Source: Lobosporangium transversale (Eukaryota). Taken from it: a DNA stretch of 64,000 bases. This document shows, piece by piece, positions 1-9,348 of the stretch. Location: the NCBI RefSeq assembly GCF_002105155.1, contig NW_019028994.1:1-64000 (forward strand), given 5' to 3'. The position numbers and the translations under genes were made by a program. Each line of letters begins with the position of its first letter. Position 1 is the first letter of the stretch. The notes below the pieces were generated by a model. It was given only the letters and a program-made list of their open reading frames with translations, had not been told where the DNA came from and searched no databases.

Positions 1-30
1 GAAAGGAGCGACAACTGATAAATTTGTTCC

Positions 31-273
31 TCATTGTGACGTGACAATCTTTAGTGCGCAGCAGAGGGTCAAGCTTGTCACTCTTTTTGGTTAGTCCTTT
101 TCAATTATAAGAATTTTGTTAAGTAAACCATTTATATTTGAAAGAGTCTAGCCAAAAAGAGCGACAAGCTTGACCCTCTGGCGCAAAGAACCCATTTCTC
201 AGTCTCGTCACCAGCCTGAGGACGAAGTTCATATGCAGTTCTTTGCGCAATAAAGATTGTCACGTCACAATGA
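31..273. repeat. Nested inverted repeats / fold-back (possible MITE-like element) upstream of the CRN gene
   Basis: 31-60 (tcattgtgacgtgacaatctttagtgcgca) is the reverse complement of 244-273 with 1 mismatch. 62-103 pairs imperfectly with 138-180, and 181-191 pairs with 238-248. Confidence 0.85.
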
Positions 274-667
274 CCCACATGGCTGATTTGAAAAAATATT
301 TTCTCACACATTAAAATAAAGGATCAAATTTATCAATTGCAATTGTCGCTCCTTCTTTCCTTTGCTTCACTTCATTTTTGCACTCTCCCTCTTCCTTTAC
401 CCTTTTTTTTTTTTTTCACTTTTTTCATATTTCACCCCTCCCATCAATTTTGCTCTTTTATTTATTCCAAGCCTTCATCTATTGCCTTTCCTTTCCTTTC
501 CTTTCCTTTCCTTTTCTTTCCTTTTTTTTTTTTGCCTTACATATTTTTCATTTTTGTTTTCATACAGCGACCACGAGTGTGAAAGAGTATAGAATATACC
601 TTTGCCTATTTAACCATCATTCTCCCTGCATTTCAACCACACTCAGTCCCACTCATCTTAATTTTCA

Positions 668-3133
668 ATGGCCACCACAAGGAGCTCAACACAAAAAAAC
701 ATGGCTGCAAATGATTCCACAGAGAGCCAAGCACAAAAAAAAATGACTGCAAATAAGCCTGAGGATGCCTCCACACTCAATAAACGAAAAAGAGTAAACC
801 AGCACCCACAACGAAAAAAGCGCGCCATCCCACTGCTACTGCTGAACTGCGTTGTCGAAGGAGAAGCAACGTCGTTCCCAGTAGAGATTTTCTGCGATAA
901 AACGGTCGGGATGCTCAAGCAAGCCATCAAGGTAGCAAAGAAGCCAGAACTTGATCATGTTGCTGCAGATAAGCTCATCCTCTACAAGGTCTCCATCCCT
1001 GACAAAGGCGAGGCCATCTTTGAGTCAGAAATCGAGTCAAAAGAGGCTCTCACAATCGCGTCAATGGAGCTTTGGGAGATATTTAATTCTGAACTTCCAA
1101 GGAAAACTATCCGTGTTTTTGTCAAGCCACCACAGCGAGGTATATCCTTGGCTCTTGATGGACTGATTGTTGATATTTTCAGCTGATGAAGCTTGGTTTG
1201 TATCTTAAACGGCCATGTGCATAATATCACCATTTGGTTTGTGTCTTGATAACTCAACGTTCTTTCTCATTATTCGCTTTTGATACTTAGCTCAGAAAAG
1301 AAAACAAGATGGAGATTCTGGTGAGTGCTTTTGGCCGAGAATCTGGTTATTGATCATTTTAGAGTGATGTGCAATAAATCAAAAATATTGACTTTGATCA
1401 CTCTATCTCCTTTATCAGAGTCACCCTCTAAAAAAGCTCGTCCAAGTATAAGTAGCAGAGGTGCTCTTAGGGATGCGATTACAGAAGCAGGGCTTGTAAC
1501 GAAAGGGATAGTGAATGGTAGGCCTGCCATCTCGCGTCTAAACTCGAAAGAGAGGGTCAAGCTGCTTTCGTACATGGGAGAGGAGTTATCAGAAGATACT
1601 ATTTACTGCAGCATTATTAGCGTGGCTTGCGAGCTCCGAAATTCTGGTGGTATCAAGGGTTCCAAAATATTGACTGCCCCTGAGGGTTGTATCTTCCCTG
1701 TTGCCGGAACAAGGCATCTTTATATCAGAGATGAATATAAAGAGCTTTATGACCATATTACATCCGAATTAAGTACCCCTCATGAAGTAACTCGTTTGAA
1801 CCGACTCTTTGTCACTGGAACGCCTGGAATTGGGAAGTCAGCCTTTTTGGTCTATTTTGCCATCCGCCTCCTTGCCGAACACGATGAGGAAAATCCACCG
1901 ATTATTATTTTCCAAGAGAAGCAGAGTACCGAATGTTATGCCTACGGAGGAACAACTTGCCAACGTTATGGGGAGAGAGTAGATTTCAAAAATTTCCTTG
2001 ACCAACGTGAAACGTGGTATTTAGTTGATAGTGGTAAAAATCCTCAACCAGGTGAAGCCAGGACGATATTTTCAGCATCGCCAAGAACTCTCTATGGGCA
2101 TTACGATGAACTCACCAAGGAAAATACACCAAATAGCTACTATCACATGTCACTCTGGAGTCTGGATGAGCTTAAGGAATGTAGAGCCAATGTAAAGTTT
2201 TTTCATGTAGTGAGTGAAGCATTTTTGGAGGAGCTTTTTTACGACTTGGGGGGCGTGCCAAGACAGGTTCTACAGTGTCCAGCCAATGTACTATCCAAAA
2301 ATCAAAAACATACTGAGCGTGCTAAAGAAGCTGCGTTTCTCCGCGTCAATGATGCCATTAGAACACTCGAGAAACCAGCAGATCTTCTAAGCCTCTTTGC
2401 ACGAGGAAAAGATGCGAGTGGATTTAGTTGTTTACTCCATAGAGTCCCCACTTCTGACCATCTCCACTTCTACCTGGTGTGGGCATCTCGTTGGGTCGAA
2501 TCACAGATTATGGACAAAATAAAGGATGACACGTGGGTCGATGTGTTGGCGAGACTTGTCATAGGCGGAGAGGATATAGATAAAGGCCCACTGTTTGAAA
2601 TCTATGCTCATCACTTATTTCGACGTGGTGATATTAGATTTCCCTTTAGGGATCTCCAGTCAGGCGAAACAGGATTTCTTGATTTTCCAGCAAATCCAGA
2701 AGAGGTGTTTATCCGGACTTCAGAGGAATTATCAAGGCTCACTCAAGCAGCTGGCAAGTTGTTTGTACCAGAACATTCTAAATTTCCGTGCATTGATTTT
2801 GCATTGGGACCCAACAAGCTATTTCAGGTCACAGTATCAGAGGAGCATGCGATCAAGCAAGCACCATTCAAGGAGATAATTGATTGTATTACTGGACCCT
2901 GCTTGAAAGGAGACCAATCAAAGTCGAAGGGAAGTGATGATACTATTTTCCTCTATTTTGTGGTGCCAGGAGACGTATATGACGATTTTCAAGTTCAGGA
3001 CTTTCTTACCACCAGAAATACGGTCGTCCAGAATCCATATAAATGCTTAAAACATGTAAGACAGCGTGTCATAAAAATCGACATCGAAGCTGCATATTCA
3101 GGAGGATCAGCCGGTACGAATCTGAAGAATTAA
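668..3133 (+). CDS. Crinkler (CRN)-like effector/toxin: N-terminal ubiquitin-like header, P-loop NTPase, C-terminal PD-(D/E)xK (REase) nuclease; exons 668-1139, 1291-1320, 1419-3133
   Basis: The header LLNCVVEGEATSFPVEI..TVGMLKQAIK..LILYKV..IRVFVKPP matches the CRN LFLAK/HVLVxxP header. Walker A is GTPGIGKS. The REase-like motif is FPCIDFALGPNKLFQVTVSEEH. GT-AG introns 1140-1290 and 1321-1418 keep the frame (both phase 1). Confidence 0.88.
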
Positions 3134-3399
3134 ATCGAATAGCAATCAAGTGGATGAAATTTTGTCTTTTTTTAAAAAAAGCATTATACCCGTTCCTTGA
3201 GAACTTTTTACAATGGTTCATTCTTTATGAATGAAGCCATCATTATTCACTTACCTTCTAGACGAATAGATAGAGCGGTTTAATCCGTCCTCCCTTCTAC
3301 TGGGGCATTTAGAACTTTATAAAGTTGTGATCATTGTGCGATCTTGTGTGCAAGAAAAGGCAGGATTTTGTGATACTATTATCAAAGAGTTTTGTAAAA

Positions 3400-5870
3400 A
3401 CGGATAGAGATGAAGAATCCTGTGGAGAACCCAGTGAGAGTCTGATGATGAGACCCAAAATCATATTATTATCACCAGGACAGCTGGTATTGGAAATTAT
3501 CCTTTCTCGTATGCTTTGTCATCTGGATGCTTGCCATTTGCGGAAGACCTATCAATTATCATCATCCAGGGCGCCAAAACGTTTACCGGGAGCTAGGATG
3601 ATAGCTCCACTCTAAAGACATAAATGTCCCATGGTGCGCGTGCACGGGATGGCAACCTGTGGCCAATGAAATCATATTAGTTGTATGTTCGGCCAATTCA
3701 GTGTCAGTATGTGAAGGCGGCGCGTCTTGAATCTCTAGGCGTCCAGGGACATGGAATAAAAAAACATCAAGAATTTGGCCAAGGCTGCCACGCGCTTGAT
3801 CGGTAAAATGTGATACAACATTGGATTGTGTCGTCAGTATATTAATAGTTCTCGGTATATTAATGCTGCATGCTGCTGCTGAGGGCATCAATCTCGCCAG
3901 AATCATCCCCTCTCACATCAATTCATGCTAGACGGATGAAAGATTAGGAGGAAAAGGTCCTTGATGTCTGGGATATCCACGCTTGTTTATAATCTCACCA
4001 AAAGTTCTGTGTCTTGCGTTCATAGGCGGTTAATCGCAGTTTGGTTTTCGTATACCCCTTGAAGAACGCAAGCAAAAATGCCTTTATGTTTTATATTTGA
4101 TACTCATCAATTTACCCTTTTTACTTGTCCGAAGGTAGAATGACGCCTAGCCAATGGATGCTATTGCAAGTGTGTCCACAGGTCCTTGGAGAAGTCCATT
4201 GAGGAAACTCGGTTCCATCCAGGACAGATTTATTCCTAGCGCTCTTCACAAAAGTAGCAGAATTACTTGGTGGAGTTGGCTTTAATTGCCTTGACAAGCT
4301 CCTGCAAGATTGGTTCGACAATCTAATCAGGGTCCTTTCGGAGCGGCATCAAAGCAACTCTATGTTTTTGGTTGTTTTGAACGAGGTGCAGGATATGGGG
4401 AGGGGAGGCTAAATACCAGTTTATTAATAACGACGACACTATGCGACCAATATTATCAGCATTCTTTCATGGATTGGAGGGCTTATCAGAGGATTTACCA
4501 CGAATTTGCATAGTTCCTTGCGGGATAGGCTTTTGTATTTATGATCCTGCTTGGGTTAAGGGAACTGGCAAAGCTTCAAGGAATATCGAGAAGTTCTCGA
4601 TGACTCGAGGTTCAAGAGTGCAGTATCGTTTCCTAGATGGGATAATCAAGCAAAAGTCCGGACATACTTCAAGACACTTGTGCGATATTTGGAGAAATAA
4701 AGTTACTCAAGCTCTGCATCAAAGCGGAGAGGCCATTTTAATGATCAAGCAATCGAGATGCTATATGCTTGGTCCTGTGGTCGTCTCCGTCCAATGATCA
4801 CTATAATAGAGAACGTCATTGGACGTGCCGATGCAGGCCTTTGGAAGCAAGAAATCAAGGGCCTGGTGTGGTCGCTCACTGATCCGGGATATAAAGAATC
4901 TGGTAACCTATGCCATGAGTAATCTAGAATTCTGAAGCGTATTAACAAAGGGGATGCAGGAATTAAAACCAGTGTCGACATCAGGGAAACCTTCGGTCGA
5001 GCCGTAAAGAATGAATAGATTACTATATAGTAAAGACTTGATATTGGAGTACAATGAGCCTGTTCCGGTCGAGGTTTCGTTTGCTCGAATTGTCGTTAAT
5101 CAAAGGAAGAAGGAGTTTACAATTATCGTTGAGCCAATATCATTTATAGCAGCAATTAACTTGTTTGAAGTGGATGACTCTTGATTGGCTAAATTGGTTA
5201 ATAGTGTGTTGCTAGACACCCCTACGTCTCGCACAAAGGGCACACACATTTTGAGTATTTCAGTCCCGCTTTGTTTAATTTCAATCTTCCAGAATTATAA
5301 CAATGAACGAATTCTTAGATACTCACTGTAACAAAGACTCCATACATGAATCCAAGTTAATCTCGCTTTTTTTTTTTTGTTTTGTTTCCAAAAGAGAACC
5401 CATCTGGACCAGATATCGTCTTTGTATTAGAATCGGAGGGTAAATATTATCCTGGTTCCGTACAGTCAAAAATCGGCGATAAGGTCAAGAATTAAGGATG
5501 CCCACAATACAACTTGCCATAATTGCATCAAAGAACACCTCTCATCACCGTCTTCTCTCGGCTTTTGCTCGAATGGCATATCCTTGTTGCTGTTGTTTAG
5601 GCCTTACTTATCATGTTGCCTTATCACGAACAGGGTGATTATTCGCTAGCTAAAGTCAAAGAAGTTCCTGCCATCAAAGACAAACGAATAGAAACGACGT
5701 ACTCAATATTAGCTTGTTGAACTTCCTTGAAAGTGCAAGGGAGTCCCTCAAGAAGTCAGAATTGACTCGAGCTGTGGAGGATGAGGGAGAAGGAAGCAAG
5801 CCCAAAGAACCACAGGCAAGGAGGACATCAAAGAGAATTGCCGATAAAGCTCAAGCTATGGAGCATCGCC
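3400..5870 (+). pseudogene. Decayed CRN-like NTPase + PD-(D/E)xK nuclease gene (frameshifts and stops), interrupted at ~3650-4240
   Basis: Fragments read across frames: a possible broken CGKT Walker A (~3538-3549), Walker B-like FLVVLNEVQD (~4365-4395), RPILSAFFHGL, CGRLRPMITIIE..GNLCHE, IVEPISFIAAINLF and nuclease-like SGPDIVFVL..GSVQSK (~5400-5470). No intact ORF. Confidence 0.6.
3650..4240 (-). pseudogene. Possible Fanzor/TnpB-like fragment containing a degenerate RuvC-I motif, inserted in the CRN-like pseudogene
   Basis: Minus-strand pieces KLRLTAYE, VDIPDIKDLF, IDVRGDDSGEIDAL (3922-3881; compare RuvC-I hhGhDPGE) and AAACSINIPRTINIL occur in the expected order, but with several frameshifts. 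Confidence 0.35.
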
Positions 5871-6240
5871 CTAGCTCATGGGATATGAGTCCAACGTTTT
5901 CAAGAAGTTTGGGGCTCCTCTTCCAGTTTATGTTTGCGTAGTCTTCATCAGTCAGGTCTTCACCGGCTGCCTTTAAAACACGCCGTGTTAAGGAACCCTT
6001 GTGAAAGTTTCAATCCCTGGCTGAGATCTTCTTCATCTACGTCAGACTGCTGCTGTCTCTTCGTCTGGATTGTGCCATAGGCAAGTGGATTCAGAACAAG
6101 GCCATTGGTAAAATCGTCCCTTTGAGTTTGAACCGAGTTATACCTTTGTCTTGTGCCTGTAGGGGTACCTTGTCTCGATAGCCATGAAACATGCGATCTC
6201 CTTCAATGTCACAAAGAGAGCCTGTATCTAGACCTCTTTT
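5870..6240 (-). pseudogene. Fragment of a second Fanzor-like gene, paralogous to the 7486-8070 segment
   Basis: The minus strand reads GYRDKVPLQAQDKGITRFKLKGTI/FTNGLVLNPLAYGTIQTKR...INWKRSPKLLENVGL. This is colinear with GYKDVGLQSDDGPRRKLRTSFFTNGLTLTLLAYDTSKQKR...INWKQRSRLLENVEV of the + strand copy. At least two frameshifts. Confidence 0.75.
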
Positions 6241-7429
6241 GTTCCCTGTACACATTCAAACACTGCAGCCTTGGGAGGATTGTCGAGAGGATGTCAGTTA
6301 GAACGTGTTCAGACAGATACACATACCGAGGGGGGACGTAAGGAAGTCTGTTTTTTTTTTTTTTTTTTTTTTTTTTTTCACTCCATTGTTCTCTGGCAAG
6401 AAAAGCTCATCGAACAATAAAAAAATAGAGAGCTTTAATAGAGAGCAATCGACTGCAGAATATGCATGAGGATACTCTACACAAAGTTATATCTTTGTGC
6501 TCCTGTGGTGAATACATGGGTAGATTTGACTCGGTCTGTAGGAACTGATTTGAAACAAGTGGCTACATCCTTGTCAAAGGTAACAACAAAAGAAAAGAAG
6601 TCTTCTTTCTTCTTTTTATCAGAGAATGGCCTCATATGATGCTCTTTGCTCCAACAGCTCCAGCACTTTTGCGTTAAAGCAGAGATATTCGTTGGCTCTC
6701 GGGTTCCGGCATCATTGGTGGAGATAGGAGTGATGTAGTTGCATGCGCTTATTGCTTGTAGTAAGAACTATCTTAGTACCCTTCCTTACTAGACGACGCC
6801 CTGTTAATGGTGATATTGTGCAGCGCCTTGTGGAAGGAGGGAGAGCAGAAGCGAGATTAATACCGATGCGTTTGATCCTCTCCTAGGAGTATTTTTGATT
6901 ATGGAGTGATCGCCAAAATAAAGTTTGTTCATTTCTTCTGCTTGTGTTTTAGCAAAATGTGTTTATGCATGTGCTACTCATGCTCTCTTGCCAAGGACTT
7001 GAACAGGCATACCAACCCCTTCTTCCTTGCTCTCATAACCGCTCACATCCTTTCGATGCATTCTTTCGCCGTTTATGTCCACTACATCTGAACCACACAC
7101 AGTTCACCACTCACTCCAACAGAGATATTTGTATCACCTTGGGTATGATATGTTGCTGTGGTTCCCTCTGGTTTCAACAGGCCCAACAAACTCTATTAGC
7201 AGTGTTTATCAACCCAAATACATCAAGGGAACGCAAGAAGACGAGTAGGCAAATGATGCGACAAATCAAGTCTCGTCGAGCTGTACAGAAAAAGATCAAG
7301 TTAGTCAGGCTGTAGAACGAATCAACTCAGATTGCCTCAATCATACGACGAATATTATCATCACTATATCACATCAATCAATCAATAAACGATACAATGA
7401 GGCCCCCCAAGCGGACAATGGAGTCATGC

Positions 7430-8849
7430 GAAAGTCTTCGTGAGTATTATGGTCTAACCCAACAGTTCGAGAGGAAATAGTCCAATTGTTGGAACTAAAC
7501 ATGAGTACCAAGGGGGCTGCAGAGGACAAGATCCTTAACCACAAGGGGATATTGTTGCAGGAGCTGTTTTCCTTGAAAGGATACAAGGACGTTGGACTGC
7601 AATCTGATGATGGCCCTAGAAGGAAACTACGGACATCGTTCTTTACAAACGGCCTTACCCTAACACTTCTTGCCTATGACACATCGAAGCAAAAAAGAGG
7701 AAGAGGTTCGCAAGCTGCCCAACCTTCGGATACTCAAAGATCTCAAGCAGTCCAGGCTTCTTCAAGTGCTCAGCAGGGATCCTCGTCTTCAGGCCATGGT
7801 GCAGGCGATGGTGGTGATGATGGAGACGACGACGGAAATGAAGATGACGATATCTTGCTGGGTATCAGCGATATTGACTTGCTGGAAGTTGATGAACCAT
7901 TCTTAGATGGCAATGAGGGAGAAGAAGCAGCTGAAGAAGGTACATCGAGCACAAATCCACTGTCCCCGGCGAGTCCCAGTCCCCGGCGTGAGATCAACTG
8001 GAAGCAGAGATCCCGTCTCCTCGAGAATGTAGAAGTTAAATATGACACCCAGGCAGCATGGGACCAGTGACGACAATAAGGAGACTATATATAGGGCGCT
8101 TGTCGATTTCTATAATGACGGGTGGTTTGTTCGGAATAGCTGGGATAATAGAAAAGCACAGAACGGATGGGTTGATTATGTGATCAAGGCAATTCTGAAG
8201 CTTGCGGGCGGAAGCAATGGAAGAAGAAGAGATGCCAATACGAATGCGATGATCTGTATTGGACTAGGATCATTCAAGACAAACCGAGGACAAGTATCGA
8301 AGCATGGGATATTGATGAAGAAGCTTGTTGAAAAGGTAAAAAAAAAATCCTTTGATCAATGACATTTAATTTTTGAGTCTTTTTTTTAACGAGTATTAAA
8401 TCTGGCTCGAACAGGCAAAATCTCTAGACTACCCCATTGCAGGTTGTCATGAATACTACACATCTGCCAAGTGTCCACGGCCTCACTGCGACAGTATATT
8501 GGAGAATGTTCCTTTTCGATCCAAGTACTGTCGAAATTGTAAAGCATACTTTGATCGAGATGCTGTTGGTGCTGAGAACATCGCAAGGGTCTGTGAGTCG
8601 CAGACAAGAGAGCAAAAACGACCTGCAAAGTATATGCCGCCGGACGGAGGAACTCAAGGCCAAGCTTCTAGCGGTAGTGGCGACGGTGGAGGTAGTGGTG
8701 GCAGTGGTGGCAGTGGTGGTGGTAGTAGCAGACCCACAAAAAGGAAATTTTCAGATGAAGGAGGAGGAGGAGTAGGGGGATCAAGACCACCGAAAGGACC
8801 TTTGCTGGGTCCAGGAGGAGGGGGAGAGACAAGCCGGCAACAACAGTAG
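7430..8849 (+). pseudogene. Fanzor (eukaryotic TnpB/Cas12-like RNA-guided RuvC nuclease) homolog with a spliceosomal intron; disrupted near 8050-8075, RuvC-I apparently lost
   Basis: Splicing intron 8336-8414 (GT..AG, phase 0) gives KKLVEK|AKSLDYPIAGCHEYYTSAKCPRPHC..YCRNCKAYFDRDAVGAENIARV. This contains RuvC-II Glu (8451-8453), a CxxxxC..CxxC zinc finger and the RuvC-III DRDxxGAxNI motif (Asp 8559-8561). Upstream are FFTNGLTLTLLAYD and ICIGLGSF..SKHG. The tail is Gly-rich with an NLS-like PTKRKF. Stop/frameshift at 8068-8070. Confidence 0.85.
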
Positions 8850-9248
8850 GACACAATCTACTACAAACATGACTAGGTCCAGAAAGGCCTTCGTCTTAAA
8901 AAAATTGTAAGTATTGGCTTGATAGTACTTTTTTTTCTTGGTTAATTTATTTATTTATTTATTTATTTCTGTCTCTTTTTGAATAATGCAAAACAGCAAA
9001 TAATAAATGCATGATACATGAAAAATGTAATTATATAGATCAAACATAAATGAATGAAAGGATGAATGTGGGACACACATCCTTGGGTGTATATCGATCT
9101 ATATCAATATTTTTTTGTCAATCAATGTCACTATGTCTATACATATCACATCACGTCAATCAAGATGTATTATTTACGTTTTAGTGTAACAATGCTTTTT
9201 TTATTATTTTTATCTCGATCCCTCCATCTCAAATGGATATAAATACTG

Positions 9249-9279
<31 letters not shown>

Positions 9280-9290
9280 ATATATATATT
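9249..9290. repeat. (TA)n microsatellite
   Basis: Run of tatatatata... with a short tg interruption. Confidence 0.9.
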
Positions 9291-9348
9291 ATATGTAAAT
9301 GTATAAATATATATTGTGTGTGGTGTGCAACCAGTCAAGGTTTGCTTT

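Noticed and set aside
216..230. CTGAGGA followed by CGAA inside the fold-back, resembling a hammerhead ribozyme core
   Set aside because: No stem II and no GAAA/stem III arrangement, so the core is incomplete.
337..746. Phe/Leu-rich ORFs here, and similar Phe- or Lys-rich ORFs throughout (e.g. 16456-16844, 23478-23864, 26360-26746)
   Set aside because: Translations of poly-T/poly-A low-complexity tracts, not credible proteins.
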